A stretch of DNA of 64,000 bases from positions 1 to 64,000 of the IMG/VR virus record IMGVR_UViG_3300044656_000123. The stretch is one strand, 5' to 3'. Positions 18,251-27,862 of this stretch are shown piece after piece. The DNA comes from a virus. Lineage: Duplodnaviria; Caudoviricetes. The notes beneath the pieces were generated by a model. That model worked only from the letters and a program-made list of their open reading frames with translations. It did not search any database and was not told the DNA's origin. Made by a program: the position numbers and the translations under genes. Each line of letters opens with the position of its first letter. The stretch's first letter is position 1.

Positions 18251-18748
18251 TCAACTGCTTTTCACTAGCTTTGGATAAAACCTTACATCTTCAAACTGCG
18301 CAAGGGGATACCAGTATGTTTTGTACTTCCCTATTTCTCCGTAGGCGGCAAAGTCAATGTCACCGCGCCGCAAGCGCTGTCTGATCGAAGCAATAGCGTA
18401 TTCCTTGCCAAATCGTTGCATGAGCAGGCTTACTATGCCTTCCTCATTGATCAGTTCTCCGTATTTGGCTTCAACGGCTGAAAGTTCATCGAGCGTCGTA
18501 ATCTTTACGTGTTCGTAGCGTGGCTTGTTTGCATTGGCACAGTGAAAACGCAACTCTCTTAATTCTTCTTCCCTGAAACGATAACGCTTGGCTTTCCCTA
18601 CCTCTTGTTTCTTGTATTCCTTTCCACTACGTAAGACAGCGTGATAAAATTTGTCTTTGGTTATCTTCACGCCACGCGGCCCCCATATTTTCTGCAAAAA
18701 GGCAACTGCCTCAGACGTGCTATATAAATGAAATGTAGTTTCCTGCAT
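18251..18748 (-). CDS. Putative DNA-binding regulator (MerR/excisionase-like winged HTH, possibly tandem)
   Basis: LYSTSEAVAFL...RYRFREEEL pattern; divergent from a bidirectional promoter. Confidence 0.55.
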   Translation of the reverse strand: MQETTFHLYSTSEAVAFLQKIWGPRGVKITKDKFYHAVLRSGKEYKKQEVGKAKRYRFREEELRELRFHCANANKPRYEHVKITTLDELSAVEAKYGELINEEGIVSLLMQRFGKEYAIASIRQRLRRGDIDFAAYGEIGKYKTYWYPLAQFEDVRFYPKLVKSS

Positions 18749-18777
18749 TTTTCTCTCCGTCCATGAATATTAAAACC

Positions 18778-18813
18778 TTGACAAATTATAACAAATCCTC
18801 TATAATATGTCAA
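18778..18813. promoter_or_regulatory. Overlapping divergent perfect sigma70 promoters
   Basis: Plus TTGACA(18778)-17-TATAAT(18801); minus TTGACA(18813)-17-TATAAT(18790). Confidence 0.85.
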
Positions 18814-18888
18814 GGTCGGTTGTACGTACAACTAGTAGTAATGACCTATTATCAACGTCACTGAAAATGGATAAGGTATTATGGCGCT

Positions 18889-19341
18889 ATGCGAAAACCA
18901 CAACTATACATTGCAATAACAGGTGTGGCTTTGCTGGCCCTACTCTACTTAGCAAAGAGGATACCCATGATACTTGATCCATTGAGTAACAGCGATTTAA
19001 GCGATGATGAAAGGCTTGTGTTCAGGTATCTTCTTACCGTCTATGAATTGTCTCAGGTGCCGCTTTACGACATTCCGAAAGACGCTGAATCAGTCAGGAT
19101 ATTTTGTACTATCAGCCGGGTCGGATACTGTAAAGAGTGCGCGGCAATTTACATAGATCTTGACGGGATCTGTCCTCAGCATCACCTTCTTGCAAAGGTA
19201 GACAGGGAAACCTTCAAGGACAGGGTATTGCAATGGGAAGAGCTAAGGAAAGCATATTGTAAACACATCAAAATGCAGACCATGACCCGAATACAGGCTA
19301 TTAAAATGTACAGGATGTTAAAACATCCGTTGGAGAGATAG
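18889..19341 (+). CDS. Hypothetical protein with Zn-ribbon-like Cys motif
   Basis: CKEC...CPQH; the true start may be the internal Met (MILDPL). Confidence 0.55.
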   Translation: MRKPQLYIAITGVALLALLYLAKRIPMILDPLSNSDLSDDERLVFRYLLTVYELSQVPLYDIPKDAESVRIFCTISRVGYCKECAAIYIDLDGICPQHHLLAKVDRETFKDRVLQWEELRKAYCKHIKMQTMTRIQAIKMYRMLKHPLER

Positions 19342-19343
19342 AC

Positions 19344-19907
19344 ATGGGAAACGGCATGGTTATATTAGCGGCGCTTCTACCAGTACCACCTAGCGCAAAC
19401 AGCGCAAATAAGCGCAACCGCTACGGAGGCGTATTCAAAGATCAAAGCGTTGTCCAATTTCGGGCCGATGTACACAATGTTCTCAACAACTACGAGCGTG
19501 CGATGGATAAGCGCTTGTTTGGTATACATCGCCTTGACTACATCAATTGGGCGGCGATTAAAAACAATGAGCAGGCGTACAAACTGCGCACAAAAACAGC
19601 GCTTTCCATGCGTCGGCGCTGGCGCATCATTGTCCACGTCTTTGTAAATGAGGATAGGCGTGACGCTGACAATTGCATCAAAGAGTTTCAAGATGCAATC
19701 TGCAAAGCGATAGGTGTTAACGACAAATGCATCTCTGATGTATCGCTGGCGCTCATTGTTAACAAAGATTGTGAACCACATGCAGAAGTGGTTATCAGAG
19801 AAGCTACTGATGTATGGCAGCCGGGTAGCCTGCTGGAATACGTAAAGCTAGAACTACACTTAGGGGAATGTTATGAAGGTGATCGAAGCTTGGACAGAGC
19901 AGGGTAA
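19344..19907 (+). CDS. rusA: RusA-family Holliday junction resolvase
   Basis: LPVPPSAN N-terminus; RRDADNCIK...D....GVND catalytic motif. Confidence 0.8.
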   Translation: MGNGMVILAALLPVPPSANSANKRNRYGGVFKDQSVVQFRADVHNVLNNYERAMDKRLFGIHRLDYINWAAIKNNEQAYKLRTKTALSMRRRWRIIVHVFVNEDRRDADNCIKEFQDAICKAIGVNDKCISDVSLALIVNKDCEPHAEVVIREATDVWQPGSLLEYVKLELHLGECYEGDRSLDRAG

Positions 19908-20214
19908 CTATCTGGTTTGTGATGGGCGATGTTACGAGCCGAGAGAAGATAAACCAGTAATTTGTAGATGCCTCTGTCAAGGCTTTAATCATGCGGCTGG
20001 CTGGCGCAATGCTGTATGGCGTACTCGCGCTAACGTAGCCAAGTGGATCAATGAGCACGATGCCAAGCAACCGGAAGGCGATAAAATAGTACGCTGGACG
20101 GTTGCTTTTGCCGTGTCAGGGCGCTTGAAGCGTGAATACATGTGGAAAGATGAGCGCTTTGAACCTCATTTAAAGCCAAAGAACAAGGTATATGGGAAGC
20201 ATGCTAAACAATGA
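19873..20214 (+). CDS. Cys/His metal-binding phage protein
   Basis: CDGRC...CRCLCQGFNH. Confidence 0.55.
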   Translation: MKVIEAWTEQGNYLVCDGRCYEPREDKPVICRCLCQGFNHAAGWRNAVWRTRANVAKWINEHDAKQPEGDKIVRWTVAFAVSGRLKREYMWKDERFEPHLKPKNKVYGKHAKQ

Positions 20215-20545
20215 AGAGTACGACTATACATTTTATACGGACACCGAGCCTGATACACAAAAGTTTATGCTTGAAGCCATATCAGATTTTTGTGACAAAT
20301 GCATCGGCTACCCGGACGCTGTATATATCAACTGTTGGCGTAGAATTACAACGCTCGCGCCTGACAAATGGCTTAGTATTAAAAGCGGCGTCGTACCCGT
20401 CTTGGTAAAATCTCCGCAAGATAATGACATACCAGTATTCTTAGATAATATACCGTTACCTGCGCATGTTGCCTTATGTATCCGCAAGAAAGCTACCCCA
20501 CCAACTAACGTTGTACCACCTGTACCAATTGTAGGAGAGTCATAA
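20192..20545 (+). CDS. Hypothetical protein
   Basis: ORF within a tightly packed operon. Confidence 0.5.
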   Translation: MGSMLNNEEYDYTFYTDTEPDTQKFMLEAISDFCDKCIGYPDAVYINCWRRITTLAPDKWLSIKSGVVPVLVKSPQDNDIPVFLDNIPLPAHVALCIRKKATPPTNVVPPVPIVGES

Positions 20546-20548
20546 GCA

Positions 20549-20938
20549 ATGAACATGCTTCCCATCATTTACTGCGTACACTGCGGGGCAAAAGCCGCGC
20601 CATGTCTTTTCCTTTGCGCACAATGCGCCCGTGACGGTCAAAAACTACCAAACAACTATGATCCTGAGCACCAATTTCATTGCTCTTTCTGCGGAGAAGG
20701 CTTAAAAGACTGGTGGGATTTTGACGCAAACGGCTTCTTAAAAAGCAAAGACTATCTTTGCATTGGTTGTGACTTTGCCGAGCAACGCAATAGAGCCATT
20801 GCAGACGACAATGTTGAGTACTTACCGCGTGCCATCGAGTATATTGAAGAGTGCTTGAGAAATCCGGCATTGCCAGAGCATATCAGACATAATTTCATTG
20901 AGCACAAAAAACACTTTGAACGCAGAATTAAACATTAA
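20549..20938 (+). CDS. Double zinc-ribbon protein
   Basis: Four CxxC pairs; GGAG RBS. Confidence 0.6.
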   Translation: MNMLPIIYCVHCGAKAAPCLFLCAQCARDGQKLPNNYDPEHQFHCSFCGEGLKDWWDFDANGFLKSKDYLCIGCDFAEQRNRAIADDNVEYLPRAIEYIEECLRNPALPEHIRHNFIEHKKHFERRIKH

Positions 20939-20943
20939 ACCTA

Positions 20944-20972
20944 TTGACATTGTGTAATGAAAATGTTACAAT
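20944..20972 (+). promoter_or_regulatory. Class 2 promoter
   Basis: TTGACA TTGTGTAATGAAAATGT TACAAT. Confidence 0.75.
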
Positions 20973-21046
20973 CTTAAACAAGAAGGAGAGTGCATAACAA
21001 CCCTTTATAATTTTCTAAGACATATTGCATTGAGGAGAACGCTTTT

Positions 21047-22039
21047 ATGAATATGCGGAGCAAAATACCTGGCACAAACTTAAAACCTGCCCCACAACTT
21101 GACCCCAAACAAATTGAGTTACGCCTTAAACGTGGTGCTGCATTACTCCGTTGCGAAAATGACGAAGAATACAAAGAACTCCTAGACACGTATCAGCTTA
21201 ACTCAGGAGCGCCATCTGACTACCAGAATGCAGCGCGTATGTATTGGATGACTGACCGTTTTGACAAGAAACTTGTCACGCTCTTGCCCTGGTCTGTCAT
21301 GCTCGAATTATCGCGCCCGACAAAGCCGCTTGACGTGCGCGAGATGTTGTCTGACCTCTGTATATGGTGGACCGAAGCCCGTAGCATGGAGAATGTACCC
21401 TCACAATACTACTTCCCGACTGAGAAGAGCCTTGTGCTTGCCGTTGTTGATCATCCTGACATCTACCGAGGCGACTTAGCTATCTTGCACGCTAAGGCAA
21501 AGATAGAGCGCGGTCTACCGTACACTGAAGAAGAGTACTCACTGAGTGAAAGCCCGACGCCTGACCTGATTAGCCGCGTGCGCAACGACAGAAACATCGT
21601 TGTTAGCAAAGCAGTTGACAAGGCCATTGCCGAGATTGCAGCCGCTACCAACAACGGATTTGTCAAGCTGAACGGCGCTATACAAATCGAGGAAAGTCAA
21701 AAAGTTCAAGCGGCGCTGACTGAGATTCAGGCGTTGATTTCTGACTTTAAAAATGACGACAATCAGGTTATCATCACCTCGCTTCGCAACCACGCCAACG
21801 GCTTAGAGCGCCAGCTAACCAACGCTTTGCAGGTAAACGAAGATCTACAAAACGAAAACGAAGCCTTGCGTGGTGAACTGGCAAGGCGTGACGACGTTGA
21901 CGCAGAGAACCGGGCGCTTCGTGATCAACTTGAAGATCTTCGAGCAGGCATTATGATGCTCGTTGAACGATTTGGCGGAACGAGCCAGCAAGTAATGGTG
22001 ATCGACAAAGAAAAGATTGTCGAAGCCGCGAACGCTTAA
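21047..22039 (+). CDS. Hypothetical protein with C-terminal coiled coil
   Basis: 330 aa, GAGGAG RBS. Confidence 0.7.
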   Translation: MNMRSKIPGTNLKPAPQLDPKQIELRLKRGAALLRCENDEEYKELLDTYQLNSGAPSDYQNAARMYWMTDRFDKKLVTLLPWSVMLELSRPTKPLDVREMLSDLCIWWTEARSMENVPSQYYFPTEKSLVLAVVDHPDIYRGDLAILHAKAKIERGLPYTEEEYSLSESPTPDLISRVRNDRNIVVSKAVDKAIAEIAAATNNGFVKLNGAIQIEESQKVQAALTEIQALISDFKNDDNQVIITSLRNHANGLERQLTNALQVNEDLQNENEALRGELARRDDVDAENRALRDQLEDLRAGIMMLVERFGGTSQQVMVIDKEKIVEAANA

Positions 22040-22108
22040 AACTTAACACAACAAACGCATCACAAAGGGGGTCTGAACAAGGCTCCCTTTCCTTGTAGGA
22101 GAACAAGC

Positions 22109-22471
22109 ATGAACAGATGGACTAATGTTTACCCCTGGCATGGTGACGACGCAAAGACGGAGCCGTTGATTGCGCCTGAGCCTTACAATCCTATACCAGT
22201 GCCAATACCTAAGCCTCTTGCTGAGGTTCTAATCAACGGCGTAACATGGGCCAGTAATGGCTATTTTACGGCGCATTTGACCGATTTAGGCACAATACAC
22301 GTCTTAACATTTGGAAGCATGGAATACTGTGCTAACGACATAGATGATCTACAGAACTACTTACAAGATCTATACAACGAACGCTTGCGGGATGACTTTG
22401 AAACATACATCAATATAGCAAAGTTTTACAGCGTAAAAGATCCAGTATGGACAGAAACGGAGGCTATTTAA
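22109..22471 (+). CDS. Hypothetical protein
   Basis: AGGAG RBS. Confidence 0.6.
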   Translation: MNRWTNVYPWHGDDAKTEPLIAPEPYNPIPVPIPKPLAEVLINGVTWASNGYFTAHLTDLGTIHVLTFGSMEYCANDIDDLQNYLQDLYNERLRDDFETYINIAKFYSVKDPVWTETEAI

Positions 22472-22902
22472 TGGAAGAGAAAAGGCCGAGAGGCAGGCCG
22501 CGTAAAACGGACGCAATGAGACAAGCCGAACAAAAGGCGGAAAGACAGAAGTTTCTCAGCAGCAACCCGGACATCAAATTAGTTGATGTAAAAGAAGCCG
22601 CATGGCTACTGCGTTGGGACAAAACAACGGTACGGCGCTACATCTTGGAAGGCCAGATACCAGCAACGATGAATCCGCGCAATCCACTCGATCTAGCTGA
22701 GGCAAATGGGCTAAAAAACAATCACCGATCTAGCAAAGTTCGTTACCGTATCCAGAAGAGCTTTCTTGCTCACATGATCTATGGCAAGTACATCAATCAA
22801 GAGTTACAGCCAATGTCAGAGCAGGAGCTAACCGAAGCCATTAATAAGCTCAACGCCTCGCTCAGAGAGTACGAGGCCGAGCTAGAACAGCAGGAAGCCT
22901 AA
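22471..22902 (+). CDS. AT-hook plus excisionase-like HTH DNA-binding protein
   Basis: KRPRGRPRK; VDVKEAAWLLRWDKTTVRRYILEGQIPA. Confidence 0.75.
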   Translation: MEEKRPRGRPRKTDAMRQAEQKAERQKFLSSNPDIKLVDVKEAAWLLRWDKTTVRRYILEGQIPATMNPRNPLDLAEANGLKNNHRSSKVRYRIQKSFLAHMIYGKYINQELQPMSEQELTEAINKLNASLREYEAELEQQEA

Positions 22903-22905
22903 ACA

Positions 22906-23490
22906 TTGCCTTACGACATGAGCAACACGCACGATCTACGGGGGAATATCGTGCTTTTTCAAAGTTACGGCATGACACTTGCCGAAGAAGAGGCCGCAAG
23001 CATCGTTAAAGCTGTTACGTATGGCCCATACGTACATGCGGCAATCATTGTAGACGATAAGTTAAACCTTATTGAAGCAAGATTGGATGGTATACACCGT
23101 GGCGTACTACTTACGAAAAATAATGGAACTCCTAGCGCCGATTATCAAATCTGCACTATCTACAGCAGTAACCACGATTCTAACGGACGTGTTACACCAA
23201 TTGATAGTAAAGCTGTTGACCGAGCTATATTATGGTTGGAAAAGCAAGCAGACGCCGACACACCGTATGGATGGTGCGATATAGCAACGCAGGGGCTAGA
23301 CTGGCTTCTCATGGGACGTAAGCTCATTGTTGAGCAGCCCGGTAGGTATGATTGCAGTAACCTTGCTGCAATGTTTCTGGCAATGTGCGGTGTAAACCTG
23401 CCTTTTCCCCGGCCTTTCGATGTATCCCCTAACGATCTTGCTGAGTTCTTTGGTCTACTCCCAAACAGACACAGGGTATACCCGAAATAA
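22906..23490 (+). CDS. Permuted papain-like NlpC/P60 (YiiX/YebB-like) amidase
   Basis: YVHAAI...IEA...PY...YDCSNL...VSPNDL. Confidence 0.75.
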   Translation: MPYDMSNTHDLRGNIVLFQSYGMTLAEEEAASIVKAVTYGPYVHAAIIVDDKLNLIEARLDGIHRGVLLTKNNGTPSADYQICTIYSSNHDSNGRVTPIDSKAVDRAILWLEKQADADTPYGWCDIATQGLDWLLMGRKLIVEQPGRYDCSNLAAMFLAMCGVNLPFPRPFDVSPNDLAEFFGLLPNRHRVYPK

Positions 23491-23560
23491 CTTTTTACAT
23501 GTATAATAAAAGAGACGGTCATTTAACTGATCGTCTCTTTTTACTTGCAGGAGAGAGAGC

Positions 23561-23968
23561 ATGATTGAACTTACCGAAGAACAGATAGCACTAAAGAATA
23601 CAATTCTTGATGAATTAGGGCTACTCAAGTTTAAACCGGGGAACTTAAACGGGGATAAAGTTAGGAAAGCAGCCGCAGCAAACTTTGCAAGAATGCTGGC
23701 AAAACACACGCTAAACTTTGAGCCTATTGCTTATTGTCTGTTTGCGAATGACATTTTTCTCTTTATCATGGAAGTTGCTGATTTTGGCGATATTGGCATT
23801 GATGACATTGAGAGCACAAAAAGCGCTATAGAGTACGTCATTGATGCGATGTTTGAAATATACCCTAATAAAAATGACGATTATCGCAAGATCATCCTTG
23901 CCAAGAAACTAAAATACCTTATCGCTACGCACCCATTGTTTAGGCCGGAGCTTGACATGGTTGACTAG
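23561..23968 (+). CDS. Hypothetical protein
   Basis: AGGAG RBS, 135 aa. Confidence 0.6.
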   Translation: MIELTEEQIALKNTILDELGLLKFKPGNLNGDKVRKAAAANFARMLAKHTLNFEPIAYCLFANDIFLFIMEVADFGDIGIDDIESTKSAIEYVIDAMFEIYPNKNDDYRKIILAKKLKYLIATHPLFRPELDMVD

Positions 23969-24240
23969 AGCGAGTACAATATGTGTGACGTAGGTACGAA
24001 CACGACGGGACCAAGAGGCCCTTGCAACAACAAGGCAGGTTGCAAGGGCCTCTTGACATCTATGATACAATAGGAGTACAAAACATTAAACCATTCCGGT
24101 TAATGAACATGCTCTGCAAACAAGGCAAGAAGTAATATGCTTCTTGCCTTGTTTGCTTCTCTATGCTATGCTCTGTTCGTGACCCATCACTATCCTGCCA
24201 CACTATACCAGTGACAAAATAGGCTGTGCGAGTATCGACC

Positions 24241-26325
24241 CTACTTGTACAGCCTATTTTGTACGTTCGCCCATAGTTCAGGGTATTGACGACGCATCGG
24301 GTCAAAGACGTACGCCACGTTAAACATGTCCATTGTCGCTGCGTACTCAAGCCATTCTTCAGGGCCTTCAATGACGTACCCGGTGGTTTCCCACTTTTGC
24401 CATCCCCTTTCTTTGGCTAGCTCTAGCAGGTTTACAGCGAGCAAACAATGAGCGCAAAAATTGTACGTAACGCCTTCAACCTCAACACCTTTACCGTAAT
24501 ACGCCGGGTATCTATACCGACCATCCCACCGGGTACTATTGTCGTGACGGTGAGGCTCCGTAGTATCGTGCATGCAGCCTGTTCTGATGCAAGGATATTT
24601 CACTTTCTGCACTACGCGGTATGGCTTGTGTGGCGCAAAACCCTGCAAGGCTTGATGTACTTCCGTTGCTGCGCACCAAAGATCACCCGGTGTTGCTTCA
24701 AGACAAAACTGTAGCCAGTTCTCCCGGCCTGCCTTAATGTAGTACACATCGCTACATGGCGCTTCCTGCATTGACCATGATCCATCTTCAAACACAGGCA
24801 TACTTACGCTGTCCCGGCGCTTCCAGTACATGTCACCGAAGCGATACCCAACAAGTCTTTCTGTGTTTGTCTCTTGGTCTACGATAGTACGCGCAATACC
24901 GCCATCCTGCATGATTCTGTAGGCTGCTACGTGAGGGCCGCACCACCAGTTTTTGTAACGATCCCGATACTTGGCAGGCTTACCGCATCTCAGACATGCA
25001 TTTATTGCGTCTGTAGAGGCCGTGGAAGGGCTTTGTTTTTCTTCCTGGGGCAATGACACTGCCTCATCTGGTAAAGCCTCTTCTTGCGTTCGGGGAATAC
25101 GAGAAATGGCATCGCTGTAGTCCATGCTTGCTGCGTCTACTACAACAGGCTCAACTTTAACCCATGTGTTTTTGATCGCCCATCGCTTTTCAAAGTTCTT
25201 GACGCCGTTTTCAATCAGCGCTTTGACGTTACCGCCTTTGAGATAGTATTCATCCATGTCCCATTCATTAGGGGGATGAGCGATGATGCTGCGCTCAATA
25301 GCTTCGTGCCAGAATTTTGCAGATTTGCGGCCTGCTTCGTCTGATTCCTGGCAAAGCACCCATACGCTGACGCCAGCTAAGAATGACGCGGTTGTCAAGA
25401 GATTGTCCTGAGCGCCATCTGCTGACTGCGTAGCCGCAGCGCCATAGCCTGACTCCTGCCAAGCGATTGCAGCGTTAATTTGTCCCTCATGTAGTGACGC
25501 GGGTTTGCCAGATTCTAAGCCAATGGTGTACAGGCTTCTTGCCTTGAGGACACGAATAACATGGTACTTCGGCAACTCTTTACCGTGTTCAGCAAGGTAC
25601 TCTTCAATCTCTGACGGGCTACGACGTATTGAAATGCTATAAATTTGCTTTCTACCCGCTTCCGGCCCGGTACGCGGTATGTGAATCTCAGGTATAACTA
25701 TGCCACGTGGCACAAGAATATCCTGTGTATCGACAATGCCCCATAGCGCCGGGTCATCAAAGCGTGTCTCAGGGTTATAGCCGATGCAAAGAGCGCGTAT
25801 TGTGGTTTCTCTTAGACCTCGCTCTATTAGGTATTCCAGTGCAAGAGCGCCTTCCTCGGTTTCCCATAGATTGTACATACACTCTTCGACAAAGGACCAT
25901 GCAATATCCATAACTGAAGTGTCAGGTAGCATAACGCCAGTAACGCTAGGATCTGTCTTTACCGTGGCTCCGGTGCTTGCGCTGGTGTACTCAGTGATAT
26001 CAAAGCGCATCAGAGCTTCATAAAAGCTGATTTCGTACACCTTGCGCATGACGCCAATGAGGTCGCCAGTACGTTTGCAGATGCGACAGCGAAAAATGGG
26101 GTGCTCGTTTGAGCCAGCGCCAAAGATAGGGCGCTCATGAGGCCACCAGACGCACCGATCTTCACCGCCTGAATTACCGTCTAACTTACAAAGGGGGCAG
26201 GGAGAAAAATACTCCCCACCATTGGTACGTGTCTTTTTATCCTGCAAGGTTTGTAAGTGCAGGTGCATCAACACTTTGTCAATTTCTGGTATTGCAATGT
26301 TTGCATCAATGAACGGCGCTTGCAT
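24241..26325 (-). CDS. DnaG-like primase (CHC2-like Zn finger plus divergent TOPRIM) with Cys-rich C-terminal extension
   Basis: CPLC...GEDR...CRIC..TGDLI; ALEYLIERGL...IGYNP; HEGQIN; QESDEAG. Confidence 0.7.
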   Translation of the reverse strand: MQAPFIDANIAIPEIDKVLMHLHLQTLQDKKTRTNGGEYFSPCPLCKLDGNSGGEDRCVWWPHERPIFGAGSNEHPIFRCRICKRTGDLIGVMRKVYEISFYEALMRFDITEYTSASTGATVKTDPSVTGVMLPDTSVMDIAWSFVEECMYNLWETEEGALALEYLIERGLRETTIRALCIGYNPETRFDDPALWGIVDTQDILVPRGIVIPEIHIPRTGPEAGRKQIYSISIRRSPSEIEEYLAEHGKELPKYHVIRVLKARSLYTIGLESGKPASLHEGQINAAIAWQESGYGAAATQSADGAQDNLLTTASFLAGVSVWVLCQESDEAGRKSAKFWHEAIERSIIAHPPNEWDMDEYYLKGGNVKALIENGVKNFEKRWAIKNTWVKVEPVVVDAASMDYSDAISRIPRTQEEALPDEAVSLPQEEKQSPSTASTDAINACLRCGKPAKYRDRYKNWWCGPHVAAYRIMQDGGIARTIVDQETNTERLVGYRFGDMYWKRRDSVSMPVFEDGSWSMQEAPCSDVYYIKAGRENWLQFCLEATPGDLWCAATEVHQALQGFAPHKPYRVVQKVKYPCIRTGCMHDTTEPHRHDNSTRWDGRYRYPAYYGKGVEVEGVTYNFCAHCLLAVNLLELAKERGWQKWETTGYVIEGPEEWLEYAATMDMFNVAYVFDPMRRQYPELWANVQNRLYK

Positions 26326-26535
26326 TTACAACTCCTTCAAATTTGATTCCGGCACATTGGATATCCAGTGAATACCGCTTCTGTTATGAGGGCTAGTTAT
26401 AACATTGTAGTAGGCAAAACCGGAACTGGTAACGATCCTGTTGACTACCTTGACCTTCCAATACCGTGTACGCCGCTTACCTTTATCGCTAATCTTTAGC
26501 TTGTGCGTTGCCTTGAATTGCTCCATCTTCTTCAT
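26326..26535 (-). CDS. Hypothetical protein
   Basis: Abuts the primase start. Confidence 0.5.
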   Translation of the reverse strand: MKKMEQFKATHKLKISDKGKRRTRYWKVKVVNRIVTSSGFAYYNVITSPHNRSGIHWISNVPESNLKEL

Positions 26536-26732
26536 CCCTGTTTCTTAGTACTGTGCATATTTCAGCCGGAAGCTCGATGTTGCGCCAATCTGCGTAGTTT
26601 CTAAGCGCCTGCACTGCCAATACTGTTGCATCTAGCGCGGTATCAACATCGTGCATGCTCAGCACTGCTACAGCAAGGTTTACAATATCTTGCGCGGCAA
26701 CGAAGATATCATCGTCACACTGTGCAAGGCGC

Positions 26733-26996
26733 TCACTCGCTATCGGATAGTTCTTCTGCATCTTCTTCCTCTTTGCTATCCCACGCTTCAGGTCTACCGT
26801 CAACCGGGGCGGCTGAGCGCCACACCGTTTTACCTTTGTTCTTGCCTCCCGTAATTTCAGTTGAAGTAAACCCGGCAGCAAGCATTTCGTCTGTGCTCAT
26901 GCAATGACGTGTGCGTAGCTGGTGATCACCAACGCGATGCGCAAAGAACGTACCTTTGTGACTAAAAAATTTGTCGCAACCACTACACTGATACAT
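26733..26996 (-). CDS. FDXHR-like zinc-binding protein
   Basis: CSGC..FF....TFFAHRVG...RHC. Confidence 0.6.
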   Translation of the reverse strand: MYQCSGCDKFFSHKGTFFAHRVGDHQLRTRHCMSTDEMLAAGFTSTEITGGKNKGKTVWRSAAPVDGRPEAWDSKEEEDAEELSDSE

Positions 26997-27152
26997 ATAA
27001 TCCCGACCTTTCAGAATTTGTTTATTACAATCGCCTGAAATCAAGAAGGCCCTTTAATAAAATGACTGGCATAATTTACCGTCCAGCAATCAATGGGCCT
27101 AAAATCGCGTCAGGCGATTCAAGAAATGGCATTCGTCATTTGACGTAGTTGT

Positions 27153-27181
27153 ATTGTAACAGAAACATTACAAATTGTCAA
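27153..27181 (-). promoter_or_regulatory. Class 2 promoter for the primase operon
   Basis: TTGACA ATTTGTAATGTTTCTGT TACAAT on the minus strand. Confidence 0.75.
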
Positions 27182-27195
27182 CATCGCCGGAAGCA

Positions 27196-27812
27196 AAAAT
27201 GTGGATCTTCCACAAAACCGTATCCTTTTCCACAAAAATGCAAGGCCGCTCTACAGGCGGCGCGAAGGCACTGGTATATACCAATTTTCCACAAATTTGT
27301 CCAACGCACTCAGGGCAGGTGGGGAGCGGCGCGAGGCATATTTTTTGACAAAATTGTGGAAAAAACTGGGGGAAGAAATATTGAAACAAAAAAATCGGCA
27401 AAATTATCAATCAAAAAATATAACAATGCAAGGAAGCCTACTTGTACGTACAAATATCCCTATATTATACTATATCTATATATATTATATTATATATATA
27501 ATAAATACTATTTGGTTTTATTTTAAAACGTCACTTTTTTGATAGAATATTATAGTAATAATGTTATATATATAAATGTCTACTTGTATGTACATGTCGG
27601 CCTCTTTGCATTGATATTTTTGTTTGTGTGTTCTTTCCCCCATTTTCTTCCACAATTTTGCTAAAATATGCCTTCGCGCCGCTCTACAGGCAGGCTGAGT
27701 GCCTTGGACAAATTTGTGGAAGTTTGGTATATACCAGTGCTGTGAATTGGCTCTGCAAGCGGCGCTATCATTTTTGTGGAAAAAAATGCAGATTTGTGGA
27801 GAATCCACAAAA
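27196..27812. other. Putative replication origin: ~200-bp imperfect inverted arms around an AT-rich core
   Basis: TTTTCCACA (matches the DnaA-box consensus) at 27226, 27285, 27355(rc) and 27775(rc); TA-rich core ~27460-27580; lies between replication genes. Confidence 0.7.
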
Positions 27813-27849
27813 AGGGACCGCGCCGTAAGATCTTACGGCGCGGTCCCTT
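27812..27849. terminator. Perfect 38-bp palindrome (terminator of the minus-strand operon)
   Basis: AAGGGACCGCGCCGTAAGA|TCTTACGGCGCGGTCCCTT. Confidence 0.7.
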
Positions 27850-27862
27850 AGCGTTGTTGAAG

